Shown one piece after another: positions 11,401 to 22,032 of a DNA stretch of 64,000 bases (within the stretch, counting starts at the first letter, position 1; each line of letters starts with the position of its first letter). The stretch is from Candidatus Dadabacteria bacterium CSP1-2 (GTDB lineage: Bacteria > Desulfobacterota_D > UBA1144 > Nemesobacterales > CSP1-2), in contig LDXN01000002.1 in NCBI GenBank assembly GCA_001443445.1, positions 20,939 to 84,938 on the forward strand, written 5' to 3'. Under the pieces are notes generated by a model, which did not search any database, was not told the DNA's origin, and saw only the letters and a list, made by a program, of their open reading frames with translations. Position numbers and translations under genes: made by a program.

Positions 11401-12570
11401 ATTGATTCTTGCACTAAGATCGGTATCTACGATCTTAGTCTCCTTTTTTTTCTCAAAAAGGGTTAAGATTTCTGAAGTTTCTATATCTTTTAGTGTTATT
11501 TTAAAATCAAAATTGTTTGAACCCTCTTTACTAAGTATTCCATCTAGTTTGGCATTGCCGTTGAAAGACGTTTCTCCAAACTCTGTTTTAATTACTCCCT
11601 TTTGTATTTCTAACTTAGTACCAGCCATTTTAATCTTTTCAATCGAACCTTGAACCTTTTTCCCCATGATTTGCGAGTCGAGCAGCTTAAGCTTAACATC
11701 AGCTTGTATGTCGTTTAGAGTTTTATACTGTCCCTTGGCATCTTCTACTTCTAGATTTAGAACACCTTTATTGATATCAAGACCGTATGCAGCGGCTTTG
11801 AACTTGAATCTAGGCTCGATGAAATCATCAAGCTCCCCGTCAAATTTGATCTTTATTCCATTTAAATCACCCTCTAATTCTTTTATCTGCGTTTTATCAT
11901 CAGTATAAATGACATTTGTTGAAAGCCCTTTTATATAGAATAGGTTTTGATTTATGGATAAATCTCCTTCTTTCAGATCAACATCAATCTTATCGGTTAA
12001 ACCTAGCATCTTTAGCGAGAAATCCATTTTAGAAATCTCGATGTTGAGGATATCTTTTTTCCTACTATCCTTTAGTGTGATTCTTGCATCATTGAGGAGT
12101 GAATCTTGAATAAGGATGCTCCAACTAAGTGTTGTCTTTATCTTCTCTTTGAGTTTATCCTTCTCCTTAGGCACTAGCTTTTCTACATTCCAATTTCCTT
12201 CTTCTTCCTCAGTAAAGTTTATACTTACTCCTCTTGTTGAGACATCTTTTAAAGGGATTATTCTATTAAAAAGCATTGAGCTATCTAATATCAAGGGGAT
12301 TGAGTACTGAACGTAGGCCTCTTCTACTTGTACAAATGGCTCACCATCAATCATAAAGGAAACGTCTTTTAGCCTGAGCCCATGGATCAAGTCCCCTTCG
12401 ATTTTCCCTATAGTAAAAACCTGCCCTGTAGAGCTAGTTACAACCCTTTCTATAACATTTCTTAGGGTGTTTCTAAAGTAAGCTGTCTGTGAAAAAAGAG
12501 AGATTGCAATAACCAGCAGAATTAGAAAAGCAAATAGAATTCCAATTGTTTTTATGGTCTTTGATCGCAT
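8401..12570 (-). CDS. tamB: translocation and assembly module protein TamB (AsmA-like, DUF490 C-terminus)
   Basis: 1389 aa with an N-terminal TM anchor and a very long repetitive beta-rich body. It sits downstream of an Omp85-family gene on the same strand. Confidence 0.8.
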   Translation of the reverse strand: MRSKTIKTIGILFAFLILLVIAISLFSQTAYFRNTLRNVIERVVTSSTGQVFTIGKIEGDLIHGLRLKDVSFMIDGEPFVQVEEAYVQYSIPLILDSSMLFNRIIPLKDVSTRGVSINFTEEEEGNWNVEKLVPKEKDKLKEKIKTTLSWSILIQDSLLNDARITLKDSRKKDILNIEISKMDFSLKMLGLTDKIDVDLKEGDLSINQNLFYIKGLSTNVIYTDDKTQIKELEGDLNGIKIKFDGELDDFIEPRFKFKAAAYGLDINKGVLNLEVEDAKGQYKTLNDIQADVKLKLLDSQIMGKKVQGSIEKIKMAGTKLEIQKGVIKTEFGETSFNGNAKLDGILSKEGSNNFDFKITLKDIETSEILTLFEKKKETKIVDTDLSARINANFDASGRWNEIEDLQAKVNIDDFQLKGDKAGKFDLKGLVEGSKSNVKLDVISNLSKVNLALILGDEKYTSDINSNLNIKGSVPLSGDLLDNLIASVQGEILQSSGFGINLTGGQIDASYRENILTIKSLSLNSDSFKLKAQGKEAEKRMDFSYEAEVKDLSLLSKFLPEVDLKGSLKSDGRVQGEIKNPQVTFSATVSDFWYKGVEVKSINLSGDTVVNLTSPKLQLKGNLKELKFRDKVVKGVDIQARTEGKGLRGNFSITESAQRNYEIKLKLVDLTSEEKNLEIEKIRLSFKNSVIENKDTIDIKLLPSQLIIKSLNFYHNNNFILGNADVVFDGNMNASLELKKVSLNDISEILELKPSIEGITSGNISLQGTLEKPIINANIGAKDLGFKGLRSDNSNLTLSYSNKNLSLNFIASENAREILSANGGANVDLNLKKIGENIEKAVLDLTINSDGLDLNSLANLNSEAKELKGVVSVNISLEGTIEKPNIMAKISAKDLVFKQFKSDKIGLSTSYLNKKLNLNLNIEDNGREILFARGNVDIDLDFKKIGENLNQAYFDITMKSNGVDLSPLVKLNEEIKNIQGLAVLDFRAYGKVSSPNVKGQAKLQDVLLRIHSLRDDIKITNGIFEMEGEKGFLKTLEIQTDGGKGTFQGEINFNKLSYTINGKMDNLQIMPKGITARIDGDVKIEGSDGKIHISGDTKVRNARIKIPDLPTKKVEDIKFVDEQEEEFAISETKQTDYYRDNVAMDLKVTLPGNAWVKGKGANIEIKGKIGVTKKYTKPLIITGNITTVRGTYEFFGKLFKIQRGEVSFRGTPEINPFLDVTALYKVSNVNIFVSVSGTAEKPKIELSSEPPMDQTEIFSYLLFGTSSEKLGVGERVSLEQKATQAVALMAAGQLKGIIGEQFGLDIISIASGEGGFKGTEIEVGKYFTDKLYIAYQRSSPFTQTVIQSASTSPDVIDQVHVEYKLFNFLTLESEISGYQSGADIFYNFSY

Positions 12571-12599
12571 GACCTTTGGAATTCCGTATTATAACATAT

Positions 12600-12835
12600 A
12601 CAAACGTCTAATTAGACGTCAGCATGGAAAAGATAGTCTCTTTGGTCATTGCAATGACAGCACAGAAGTGTCATTGCGAGGAATCCTTCGACATTGCTCA
12701 GGATAAACTCCGTGACGAAGCAATCTAAATACAGGATTGCTTCACGGAGTTTACACAGAGCACTTCGGTTTCCTCAGTACAGGCTCCGTGAACGCGTTCG
12801 CAATGACGTTGGAAGTCCTGTAGCGCTACAGAGAA
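12600..12835. repeat. Composite palindromic repeat element, family 1 (gtcattgcgag type)
   Basis: Palindromes acgtctaattagacgt, tcattgcaatga and ctgtagcgctacag. Hairpin ctccgtgacgaagcaatc...gattgcttcacggag. The 3' part is about 85% identical to 6700-6745. It is inserted between tamA and tamB. Confidence 0.55.
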
Positions 12836-12859
12836 TTATCAAATTAAAATAATTAATCA

Positions 12860-13214
12860 GATACGCTGCCAGATGAAACCGTCCCTTCCTTTTCGCCTGA
12901 ACCAAGATCTAGCACGAGCATCTTACCGTCTGTTATCAGATTAGTTCCTGAAGACGCAGCGGGATTATTTCTGGGAAGGTTTGGACGATCCACCATTAAG
13001 TAGCCACCAGTCCTGTGTGCATCAGATCATTCCTTATCTTGTCTCTTTCACGGTCTACTCGGGGATCAATAACATGTATCCATTTTGTTCCCGCCCTTGA
13101 AACACCGTACCCGATGTCGTGGGATCCAGCCCCAAGCCAGACATCTTGGCCACGATAGCGGTCTGTATCCGGCATCTTCCATATACGCACGCAAACATAT
13201 TTGCTATTTTGCAT
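12860..13214 (-). pseudogene. Decayed small gene translationally coupled to tamA (possible LssY_C-like domain), frameshifted
   Basis: The ATG at 13212-13214 overlaps the tamA stop as TAATG. The 72-aa ORF (GQDVWLGAGSHDIGYG...HVIDPRVDRERD) stops at 12996. Protein-like sequence continues in another frame down to about 12860 (VDRPNLPRNNPAASSGTNLITDGKMLVLDLGSGEKEG). The LssY_C resemblance is from memory only. Confidence 0.3.
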
Positions 13215-15034
13215 TAGAACGCCTGGCCTATACTGAAAAAGAACTGATACCTTCTAATTCCTGGCTCAGGGTTAAGTGTGTAACCAAAGTCGAATCTAAT
13301 AGGTCCTATTATCGTATTATATCTTAACCCTGCGCCAGGTGCGTATTTAAGCTGATCGAGTCTATAATCAAACTCGTCCTTATAAACGTTTCCATAGTCA
13401 AAAAAAACCACTCCGCCGAAATCCTTATAGATTGGAAATCTTATTTCAAAATTCCCCACAAGAAGTGAGTTGCCACCAATTGGATCTTCATTAGCATCAA
13501 GAGGTCCGAGTTTCTGAAACGGAAAGCCTCTCATGCTTGTGCTTCCACCTGCAAAAAACCTTTTAAAAATTGGGACATCGAATGTGCCATCGCCTCCAAA
13601 CGGTTGCATGAATCCCACAGTAATGCTTTTTGCAAAAACAACGTTTAAGAGTTCTTTATAACCTGAAAGCTGAACGGTTCCCTTTATATAATTCACCTGC
13701 GAGCCAAGTGTCTTAAAAGAGGGCTCGAACACAAAGAGAGCCACAGTACCGCGTGTTGGGTTAAAGATATTGTCTGTTGTATTTCTCACTATTCCAAAGT
13801 TAAAAAAGGTTACAAAGTAATTATTGCGTTCTATAAATTGTTCGGTTTCACTTGATACATCAGAAAGGCGCGAGGCTTGGACATTGAAGGAGCCGAATCC
13901 GCCAAAACCCTGTGAGAATCTCTTTCTAACACCAACTGTGCCTACAATGCTTCCAGCTTTGAATCCTGGGAAATCGTCTCTTTCAAAATTAATGCTTCCT
14001 GCGAGTTCAGACCCGCCGCCAATTATATAGGGCTGTATTAAACTTACTAAGAACCTCTGAGTGATGAATGAAGCACTGGCTGAGAGCTGAAGCCTTCGTC
14101 CGCCGCCAAAAAAGTTTCTCTTTGTCCATACGATTTGCCCCCTAAATAGGTCTTCTGTGCCGAATCCTACACCTACTTTAACCTCACCTAATTTTCTCTC
14201 TCTAACCTTTACATTTACATCTGCAGTTGTTATTTCTTCATTTAAATCGGTGTCAATTAGTACAGAACTGAAAAGTCCGAGTTGAAAGATTCTTGCCTGG
14301 GTATCATTTAGTTTTTTTGTAGAATAAATATCTCCCTTTTTAAAGGTGGCTTCTCTTGTAATTACATAGCTTTCAACCTTCTCATTTCCTTCAGCACTTA
14401 TTGAGCCAAATCTATAAAGCAATCCCGGATTTATCTTTAAACTCAATTTTGCCCATTTTTCTTTTCTGTTTACAATTGCTTCACCCTCGACGACAGCTTT
14501 AGGGTAACCATTATTTGATAGTATGTCCGAGATTAAAGCCTTAGTTTGCTGGTATTTTATCGAGGAAAATCTTTCATTTACCTTAATTGGTAATGAGTCA
14601 AGTATATCTTTTTTAGTCTCTTCATTAAGGTCTTCTGGTATATCTATATTCAAATCCTGAAGGATAACGGGTTTCCCTTCTACTATCTTAATTGTAATTT
14701 CTACCCTGTCCCTTTTATCGTTGTATTTGATTTTGTATTCCGCCTTGGCGTCGTAGTATCCGTGATCTCCATAAAGCCTTTGAATTCTCACCATATCATC
14801 TTTTAGGATTTCTTCGTCAAACTCAGGGTCTTTAGCCCACGGTTTAATTGATGGGAATTCTGTCCCTATCCTTTCTTTTATTTCTTTAATGGAAACATGA
14901 TCTGCGCCCTTTATCTTTAATTTTGAGATTTGAACTGTTTGGTTATTGGCTTCACCGGGGGCTGAGTTTAAGGGAAGAGAGACGGCAATTAGAACAAGAA
15001 AACAAGTAATAAACGTCCCTTGAAATTTTCTCAT
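13214..15034 (-). CDS. tamA: Omp85/BamA-family outer membrane protein assembly factor (TamA-like, POTRA + 16-strand barrel)
   Basis: 606 aa with a signal peptide and POTRA repeats. The C-terminal barrel has alternating aromatic beta-strands and the terminal motif ...GQAF. It is adjacent to tamB. Confidence 0.8.
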   Translation of the reverse strand: MRKFQGTFITCFLVLIAVSLPLNSAPGEANNQTVQISKLKIKGADHVSIKEIKERIGTEFPSIKPWAKDPEFDEEILKDDMVRIQRLYGDHGYYDAKAEYKIKYNDKRDRVEITIKIVEGKPVILQDLNIDIPEDLNEETKKDILDSLPIKVNERFSSIKYQQTKALISDILSNNGYPKAVVEGEAIVNRKEKWAKLSLKINPGLLYRFGSISAEGNEKVESYVITREATFKKGDIYSTKKLNDTQARIFQLGLFSSVLIDTDLNEEITTADVNVKVRERKLGEVKVGVGFGTEDLFRGQIVWTKRNFFGGGRRLQLSASASFITQRFLVSLIQPYIIGGGSELAGSINFERDDFPGFKAGSIVGTVGVRKRFSQGFGGFGSFNVQASRLSDVSSETEQFIERNNYFVTFFNFGIVRNTTDNIFNPTRGTVALFVFEPSFKTLGSQVNYIKGTVQLSGYKELLNVVFAKSITVGFMQPFGGDGTFDVPIFKRFFAGGSTSMRGFPFQKLGPLDANEDPIGGNSLLVGNFEIRFPIYKDFGGVVFFDYGNVYKDEFDYRLDQLKYAPGAGLRYNTIIGPIRFDFGYTLNPEPGIRRYQFFFSIGQAF

Positions 15035-15664
15035 TAGGCGGGTGATAACCTTATTATCTTTTCTTTAGTTTTAATATTGCTTAATTAGAGTTTCTATTAT
15101 GCTGAGCTTCCATTAACATTCAAGAGGGGGGTTGTATTTAGGTGCTAGCAATCAATTAAGTAAGAATGTTTGAAATGGGTAGTAGAATTGTTATCATCTA
15201 AATTATGTCTCAGTAAGGCTATAATTCCTGCCTGATTCAATTAAATACTAAACTGTCTTACTTAGTTTTAAAATGATTTTTTCATTTTAAATTTCCTATT
15301 ATTAACAAAGTATTTAGTTATAGAGGGAAATGTAGGGCTCGTTCCCCGAACGAGCTTTTAGGGTTACGGTTCCCTAAAATCCTCCCTCTTGGTCGCTACC
15401 TCAGATCCCGATGAAGGCATCAGCCCCTACTTTGGGAGGATAGAATGCAGGCTGATACTTTTGATTTTTCATGTGGGTCGAAAAGTGAATAATGTGTTAT
15501 GCCTTGACAATAGACTTTACAATAATCCCGACTGCCTATTATATGATAAAAGCACCTTGGTTCTTTATAGTAGAGACGTACAATTTTACGTCTCTATATA
15601 TCCCAATCAGGTTTGAGGCACGAATCATAGCGGGTCTAAACAGAGGTTCATCAACCGGATACAC

Positions 15665-15795
15665 ACCCGCTCATCCTGAGCCCGTCGAAGGATGAGCTTG
15701 TCGAAGCTTAGTTCTCCATAATAATTCATCATAAGCTTTCGGACCCTAATAATCGCCGTTCGACAGGCTCAGGGCGAACGGTTTTTCGGGCTATT
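15665..15795. repeat. Interspersed repeat, family 3 (ctgagcccgtcgaagg / ccgttcgacaggctc)
   Basis: gctcatcctgagcccgtcgaaggatgagc hairpin, plus ccgttcgacaggctcagggcgaacggttttt, a terminator-like stem followed by a T-run. Partial copies at 21740-21780 and 61085-61112. It generates the spurious ORFs 15389-15695. Confidence 0.45.
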
Positions 15796-15853
15796 TATTT
15801 TTCAATTTTATTTTTCATTGACATATCTTCTGATTTGTGATAAAACCAAACCA

Positions 15854-17578
15854 ATGTTTTTTAAATACCTAGCCGCGCTAGTTTTAGTAACTGCCTTTCT
15901 ATATGGTTGTGCAGGAAATCATGTATATAAATCCCAGTCTACATATTTGACTGGTTTTAGTTTTTATGACGCTCAAAAGAAAAAGGAGTTGGAAGGCGTT
16001 ACTGAAGGTGATATTAGTCATGTTGAACCTAGCCCATCGTTCAGTAAACAAAGCCCTTTTGCAAAGGAAATGCCTTCTGATTTCTTTCTTCTTAAGCCCT
16101 ATACTGACACCTGGAAGGCATATTATTACTTTTTTCAAGTAAGAAAAAGGTTTCATGAGAATCTTCCCGGAATTATCCCTGAAAGCGAATTTGACATACC
16201 TGTAGTTTGGAATGATAAGGTTCAAGTTTTTCTAGTTTATTTTCAAAACTCTGGGCGCGATATATTTAGCGAATGGCTCTCCCGCTCGGGTAAATATATC
16301 CCAATGATGAAAGTGATTTTAGAATCCAAGAATATGCCCCCTGATCTTGTTTATCTTGCAATGATTGAAAGTGGATTTAATGTACGTGCTAGGTCACGAA
16401 AGGGAGCTGTCGGACCTTGGCAATTTATTGATTCTACAGCTAGGCGATATGGACTTAGAATTGACTCATGGGTTGATGAAAGGATGGACCCGGAAAAATC
16501 AACTCGAGCTGCTGCGGATTATCTCCAGGATCTTTATGTTATGTTTGAGTCGTGGGAGCTAGCTGCTGCTGGATATAACGCAGGTGAAAACAGAATAAAA
16601 TCAGCAATTGAAACATATAGGGTTTCAGACTTTTGGGAGATCTCTGAATACACGCTCCCCGAAGAGACAAAAGATTATGTGCCAAAGCTTATTGCGGCAT
16701 TGATAATTGCAAGGGATCTTGAGAAATACGGTTTTACTGGGATTGAGTACCAAGAACCTGAACCATTTGAAAAGGTGAGTGTTCCCCCTCAGCGAAGCCT
16801 TCGTGACATGGCAAGAATCGCAGCTATTAATTATGAAAGGTTAAGGGATCTTAATCCAAGCTTAATAATGAGTTCAACACCTCCTGGCTTTTCTTATGAC
16901 CTCAATGTGCCTCTAGGGTTTGGAGCAATTGTAGCTTCAAAATACGATGAGATTAGCGCTTTAGAGATAGTGGTATTAAGATCCTATAAAAGCAATACAA
17001 ACAAATACTACAAGGTTAGGCGAGGAGATACTCTTCAAAAGATAGCTTCGCGCTACGGGGTTGGCGTATCTGCTTTAAAGAAGGCAAACAGAATGAAGGG
17101 GTCAATCATAAGAATAGGTCAGATAATAAAAATACCTGGTGCTTCTGGTAGTGCTTATGTCAGGGAAAAGGGTACCAAAGGTGTTAGAAACACGAGCAGT
17201 AGTGCGAAAGCGATATCGAAATCCACAACTCGGTATAAAGTTAAGAAGGGTGATACACTTCAAAAAATCGCAAATCGGTATGGTGTTGAACTTTCAAGCT
17301 TGATGGTGGCTAACAACAAAAATACTGCAAGCAACCTTAAAGCGGGGGAGATACTTCAAATACCGCAAAATGGAACTGTTCTTTTATCTTCAAATGGTGG
17401 AAAAGCATCTCAAAAATCGGATACTAAAAACGTTATTGACTACCGAGTTAAAAACGGGGATACGCTATATAAAATAGCAAGTAGGTATGATGTTTCAGTC
17501 TCCCAAATAAAAAGGTGGAATAATCTTAAATCAACGAAACTTATAGCGGGTGATAAAATAATGATTTATGCAGATTAA
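15854..17578 (+). CDS. mltD: membrane-bound lytic murein transglycosylase D-like lipoprotein (SLT domain + 3 LysM)
   Basis: Lipobox FLYGCAG. SLT catalytic region (ESGFNVRARSRKGAVGPWQF, AAAGYNAGENR). Three C-terminal LysM repeats (YKVRRGDTLQKIASRYGV; YKVKKGDTLQKIANRYGV; YRVKNGDTLYKIASRYDV). Confidence 0.85.
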   Translation: MFFKYLAALVLVTAFLYGCAGNHVYKSQSTYLTGFSFYDAQKKKELEGVTEGDISHVEPSPSFSKQSPFAKEMPSDFFLLKPYTDTWKAYYYFFQVRKRFHENLPGIIPESEFDIPVVWNDKVQVFLVYFQNSGRDIFSEWLSRSGKYIPMMKVILESKNMPPDLVYLAMIESGFNVRARSRKGAVGPWQFIDSTARRYGLRIDSWVDERMDPEKSTRAAADYLQDLYVMFESWELAAAGYNAGENRIKSAIETYRVSDFWEISEYTLPEETKDYVPKLIAALIIARDLEKYGFTGIEYQEPEPFEKVSVPPQRSLRDMARIAAINYERLRDLNPSLIMSSTPPGFSYDLNVPLGFGAIVASKYDEISALEIVVLRSYKSNTNKYYKVRRGDTLQKIASRYGVGVSALKKANRMKGSIIRIGQIIKIPGASGSAYVREKGTKGVRNTSSSAKAISKSTTRYKVKKGDTLQKIANRYGVELSSLMVANNKNTASNLKAGEILQIPQNGTVLLSSNGGKASQKSDTKNVIDYRVKNGDTLYKIASRYDVSVSQIKRWNNLKSTKLIAGDKIMIYAD

Positions 17579-17854
17579 ACCTGCTACCTTACAACAGGCA
17601 TTAGAAAATCAGTAACTGTTATCCAAAGTTAACTCAATAAAAACCTCAGCGTATTTCATCTCAGTAAAACCGCTTGTGTTATGAAAGATAGCTTTATATG
17701 TATTCAGTCCGATTATTCCCTGAGTGTAGTCTTTATATGTGATCTGACTTTTAGAACGTTAACGAAGATTTTTTATTTTTAATCGAAGTTCTTATTCTTG
17801 ACATCTTCTCTTTGTTTAATCACCATTAATTTAACACAATCAAGGGGTATCAAG

Positions 17855-19288
17855 ATGGAATATGAAGCCGTAATCGGTCTTGAGGTTCACGCACAGCTTT
17901 TAACAGATTCCAAAATATTCTGCTCTTGCTCTACAAAATTTGGTGGCAAACCTAATACCCAAGTCTGTCCAATCTGCCTAGGAATGCCAGGCGTGTTACC
18001 TGTGTTAAATAAAAAGGCGCTAGAATATGCTATCCGTGCTGCACTAGCTGCAAACTGTGAAGTCTCACCTAAATCAAGATTCGCACGTAAAAACTATTTT
18101 TACCCTGACCTTCCAAAGGGATACCAAATCTCTCAATATGAAGAACCGCTTTCTACAGATGGTAGGCTTGAGATTAAATCGAATGGTTCAAATAAGAGGA
18201 TTAGAATAAAAAGGATTCATCTTGAAGAAGATGCCGGGAAACTAATTCACGAGTACTCACAAAACTGGAGTTATGTAGACTTAAACCGCGCTGGAGTGCC
18301 TCTTATTGAGATCGTGAGCGAGCCTGATATTTCAAGCTCAGATGACGCTGTTACATATCTAAAAAAACTCCGCTCGATTCTCATGTATATCGGCGTGTGT
18401 GACGGAAATATGGAAGAGGGGAGTCTAAGGTGTGATGCCAATGTTTCAGTTCGACCTAAAGGTAGCAAGGATCTCGGAACCAAGGCTGAAGTAAAGAACG
18501 TTAACTCCTTTAAGTTTGTTCAAAAAGCGCTTGAATACGAGATTAGAAGGCAAATCTCAGTTCTAGAAAGCGGGGGAAGGGTTTTACAGGAAACCAGGCT
18601 ATTCGATTCTAATCAGGGTGTTACATTCTCTATGAGGTCAAAAGAGGAGGCACATGATTATAGATATTTCCCTGATCCAGACCTGCTTCCTGTCTTTGTG
18701 GATGGGAAATGGGTTGAAGAGATAAGAGAATCGCTTCCTGAGCTACCCGATGTGAGACTTGAGAGGTTTATTAAAGAGTACGAGCTTCCCCCATACGATG
18801 CAGAAATTCTCACGGCATCGAAAGAGGTTGCGGAATATTTTGAAGAGTGCTTAAAGCACTATGACAAGCCAAAAACAGTAAGTAACTGGATAATGACCGA
18901 CGTTTTGAGGGAGCTTAAAGGGGAAGAGGAAGGAATTAAAACATTTCCGGTCACACCTGAAAGGCTAACTGAACTCATAAAACTCATAGACGATGGCACC
19001 ATAAGTGGCAAGATAGCAAAGGATGTTTTCTCCGAAATGGTTTCAACCAAGAAGGGGGCAGGGGAGATCGTTTCACAAAAGGGGATTAAACAGATTAGTG
19101 ATCAAGCAGAGATTGAAATTATTATCTCTCAGGTTATCGAAAAAAATCAGGATGAGGCATCTAGGTACAGAGCAGGTCAGGAAAAACTTATTGGTTTTTT
19201 TGTGGGTGAGGTTATGAAGGCTACACAGGGAAAGGCGAATCCTAAGCTAGTAAACGAAACACTTAGGAAAAAGCTTAAAGAAACCTGA
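17855..19288 (+). CDS. gatB: Asp-tRNA(Asn)/Glu-tRNA(Gln) amidotransferase subunit B
   Basis: [15 protein letters not shown]...[12 protein letters not shown] is the canonical GatB N-terminus. The ORF-track start at 17798 adds 19 non-conserved residues. Confidence 0.95.
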   Translation: MEYEAVIGLEVHAQLLTDSKIFCSCSTKFGGKPNTQVCPICLGMPGVLPVLNKKALEYAIRAALAANCEVSPKSRFARKNYFYPDLPKGYQISQYEEPLSTDGRLEIKSNGSNKRIRIKRIHLEEDAGKLIHEYSQNWSYVDLNRAGVPLIEIVSEPDISSSDDAVTYLKKLRSILMYIGVCDGNMEEGSLRCDANVSVRPKGSKDLGTKAEVKNVNSFKFVQKALEYEIRRQISVLESGGRVLQETRLFDSNQGVTFSMRSKEEAHDYRYFPDPDLLPVFVDGKWVEEIRESLPELPDVRLERFIKEYELPPYDAEILTASKEVAEYFEECLKHYDKPKTVSNWIMTDVLRELKGEEEGIKTFPVTPERLTELIKLIDDGTISGKIAKDVFSEMVSTKKGAGEIVSQKGIKQISDQAEIEIIISQVIEKNQDEASRYRAGQEKLIGFFVGEVMKATQGKANPKLVNETLRKKLKET

Positions 19289-19294
19289 TCAAAA

Positions 19295-19425
19295 TAAAAT
19301 TCCAAATTACAAGCACCAAATCACAAACAAGTTTCAGTACCAAATTCTAAATCACAAAGATTAAAATGTAGAATTTTAGATTTGCTTGGAATTTGTGATT
19401 TGGTAATTGGTACTTAATTTAGTAC
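19295..19425. repeat. AT-rich structured intergenic region with three copies of aaatcacaaa (two direct, one inverted)
   Basis: ccaaatcacaaac, ctaaatcacaaag and gaatttgtgatttgg lie between the convergent gatB and plsC. Probably a bidirectional terminator or protein-binding site. Confidence 0.35.
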
Positions 19426-19429
19426 GGTA

Positions 19430-20179
19430 TTAGGCTGCAAGCTTCTCTTTTTCTCCACCAAGGGCTTGTGAATGGAGTCTCTTGATCTCGTTCATAATGT
19501 GATCCTTCACCCAGGATACCCTTTCTGGTGAAGGGTGCCTCTCTCTCTCGAATTCAAGTGGAGGGCCAAACTTAAGTCTCACCTTTGCTGGTTTTATAAT
19601 CTTTGTTTTTCTTCGGAGAGCCTCAAACGTACCACTTATTCCTACGGGTATTACAGGGAAACCCGTTGCAAGAGCAATTACGGCTACTCCTTCTTTTCCC
19701 TCTCCTATACCTCCATCTCTTGATCTCTGTCCTTCAGGAAATATCCCAAAAAGACCTCCTTGACGAAGGACTCTTATCGTTTTTAATAATGCGGCTCTAT
19801 CGTTTTCATCCCTTTTTACAGGAATGCAGTTTACGAGATCACACATTATTCGAAACATTAGATTTGAATTATAAACATCGGCAGCGGCTAGAAACACCAC
19901 GGCTCTTCGTTTTGCGTATATTGAGGCTGCATTAATTATAAGACCATCAAGGTGAGAGAAATGATTTGCAGCTATGATAGCCGGTCCCTTCTCAGGAATA
20001 TTGTGAGCATCAATGTACTCTGCTCCAAGGTAGCCTTTGAAAAATAGGTTGACAAAAACCGCTATCCAATAATTCCTATGAATAGGTTTAAGCTCTCTAT
20101 TTGGATAGGGCCCTGGATTTATTAAATCCCTTCCTGTATTTCCTAATGCTTCTGCAATTAAAGTAATTCTATTCGACAT
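19430..20179 (-). CDS. plsC: 1-acyl-sn-glycerol-3-phosphate acyltransferase
   Basis: HXXXXD motif (ANHFSHLDGLII) and FPEGQRSRDG motif of lysophospholipid acyltransferases. Confidence 0.85.
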   Translation of the reverse strand: MSNRITLIAEALGNTGRDLINPGPYPNRELKPIHRNYWIAVFVNLFFKGYLGAEYIDAHNIPEKGPAIIAANHFSHLDGLIINAASIYAKRRAVVFLAAADVYNSNLMFRIMCDLVNCIPVKRDENDRAALLKTIRVLRQGGLFGIFPEGQRSRDGGIGEGKEGVAVIALATGFPVIPVGISGTFEALRRKTKIIKPAKVRLKFGPPLEFERERHPSPERVSWVKDHIMNEIKRLHSQALGGEKEKLAA

Positions 20180-20367
20180 TCTATCTGCTACTTCATTTTT
20201 GTATTAACGTAGATTACATTGTGCATTTTTCGGAGGAAAAAGCAAGTTAAACCTGTATGTCAATTGAAGTTGTACTTTACATTGAAAAAATCCTGAATCA
20301 TATAATGAAAACCTTCTTAAGTTAATTTGACAACAATTTGTTTAAGATGTATTTTCACCTCCGAAAT

Positions 20368-21489
20368 ATGAAAGCGCTTCTTGTCTTAGAAGATGGAACT
20401 GTATTTGAAGGTGAGGGGTTTGGAGCTATTGGGGAAGCCTACGGTGAGGTAGTGTTTAATACATCAATTACAGGCTACCAGGAGGTTCTCACCGACCCTT
20501 CATATAATGGTCAGATCGTTGTTATGACTTATCCAGAGATTGGAAATTATGGGGTTAATCTAGAGGACGTAGAGTCAATAAGACCTTTTGTGAGAGGCTT
20601 TGTCGTAAATGAATATTGGTCTGTTCCAAGCAGCTGGCGTTCTTGTGAGAATTTGGGTTCTTATCTATCCAGGCATGGGATAGTCGGGATTGAAAGGATA
20701 GATACAAGGGAGCTTACAAGAAGAATTCGCACATATGGAGCGCAGCGCGGTGTTATATCAACAGTTGATATGGACCAAGAGAGCTTGTTAAGGAAGGTGC
20801 GTGCATCCCCTTCTATTGTAGGAATTGATCTCGCCACGGAAGTGAGCTGTACCGAACCCTACAGGTGGGTGACAGGAAGTGAGGGTTGGAGCCCGTATTA
20901 TGATAAGCAAACAAAGCTCGAAAAACACTTCAGGGTTGTTGCTTACGACTTCGGCATAAAGCGGAATATCCTAAGAAGACTTGTAGATACTGGATGCGAA
21001 GTGTTGGTTGTTCCTTCTCGTACGCCACCTCATGAGGTTCTTTCCATGAATCCAGGTGGCATAGTTCTATCTAATGGTCCGGGCGACCCTGCTGCGGTTT
21101 CTTATGCAATCGAGAGTGTAAGGACACTAATCGGGAAGAAACCGATCTTTGGAATATGTCTTGGACATCAAATAGTTGGCTGGGCTCTTGGCGGAAGAAC
21201 ATTCAAGCTAAAGTTTGGTCATAGGGGCGCTAATCAACCCGTTAAGAATCTTCTTACAGGTAAGGTTGAAATTACATCACAGAACCATGGGTTTGCAGTG
21301 GATGCAGATTCTTTAGGTAGTAATGTTGAAATTACCCACGTAAATCTAAACGACAATACGGTTGAGGGATTAAGACACAAGGAATATCCACTTTTCTCAG
21401 TTCAGTACCATCCCGAAGCATCGCCCGGCCCTCATGACTCAGCCTATCTTTTTGATGAATTCTTAAGGCTGATGGAAGAGCGTGGTTAA
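20368..21489 (+). CDS. carA: carbamoyl-phosphate synthase small (glutamine amidotransferase) subunit
   Basis: [21 protein letters not shown]-terminus and the class-I GATase triad region GICLGHQ...H. The ORF-track start at 20338 is an N-terminal extension. Confidence 0.95.
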   Translation: MKALLVLEDGTVFEGEGFGAIGEAYGEVVFNTSITGYQEVLTDPSYNGQIVVMTYPEIGNYGVNLEDVESIRPFVRGFVVNEYWSVPSSWRSCENLGSYLSRHGIVGIERIDTRELTRRIRTYGAQRGVISTVDMDQESLLRKVRASPSIVGIDLATEVSCTEPYRWVTGSEGWSPYYDKQTKLEKHFRVVAYDFGIKRNILRRLVDTGCEVLVVPSRTPPHEVLSMNPGGIVLSNGPGDPAAVSYAIESVRTLIGKKPIFGICLGHQIVGWALGGRTFKLKFGHRGANQPVKNLLTGKVEITSQNHGFAVDADSLGSNVEITHVNLNDNTVEGLRHKEYPLFSVQYHPEASPGPHDSAYLFDEFLRLMEERG

Positions 21490-21496
21490 GAATAGT

Positions 21497-21690
21497 AGGC
21501 GGTCGGCAGCGAGCGAGCCTGCCCAGAGCCGAAGCCCTGAACGCAGTGAAGGGTCTCTCGTCGAGGGGACGCGTTGCCTTCCCATGACGTTATAAACTGG
21601 GTAGTCCACCAGTCACCTCGACTTTACTCGGGACAGGCTTGCTGGTGGTATAGGATAGGGCAACGGGCAAGACTCGTTGCCAACCCTGTT
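21497..21690. repeat. Interspersed repeat, family 2 (composite)
   Basis: gtcgaggggacgcgttgcc, gacaggcttgctggtggt and caacgggcaagactcgttgcc, shared with 5277-5323 and 6930-7110. Also ctgaacgcagtgaag, shared with 21885 and 28224. Confidence 0.55.
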
Positions 21691-21734
21691 AGATTATTAC
21701 CTGTTTAATAATTCAAATATCATAATCCGGCATC

Positions 21735-21930
21735 AAACCCAGACAAGCCGTTCGACAAGCTCACGACAGGCTCGATGCAATCTAAGGTCGCGGCTAGAAG
21801 CCGCTCCTACAGATTTCTGGACGATATAAAAAGTCCCCCTTGTAGGAGCACCATCCCCTGGTGCGACTCAACTCTGAACGCAGTGAAGAGTTTGGCGAAG
21901 GAGACGAAGCGATCTGATACGAAGTGGCAA
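21735..21930. repeat. Repeat-derived intergenic DNA (family 3/1 fragments)
   Basis: gccgttcgacaagctcacgacaggctc, gcggctagaagccgc palindrome, ctgaacgcagtgaag. It underlies the spurious ORF 21775-21966. Confidence 0.4.
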
Positions 21931-22032
21931 TCCGAACCATATTATAATACTAGCAAGTTGGTCTAATGTAGGATAACCTCATTCACTTAAATTTAAGTAG
22001 GTTGAATTTGCATTTGTTCCTCAAAAATTATC

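Noticed and set aside
8576-12310. Several 60-160-aa ORFs antisense to tamB
   Set aside because: They are embedded in a long, well-supported CDS on the opposite strand with low-complexity Ser/Leu/Phe-rich translations. They are antisense artefacts of the repetitive tamB sequence.
15389-15695. Two overlapping ORFs (75 and 67 aa) in the tamA-mltD spacer
   Set aside because: They cover hairpins and a family-3 repeat (the ORF end reads ...HPEPVEG from the repeat). No RBS or homolog pattern supports them.
21775-21966. 63-aa ORF between carA and the DASS transporter
   Set aside because: It spans repeat fragments (ctgaacgcagtgaag, ccgttcgacaagctc). Spurious.
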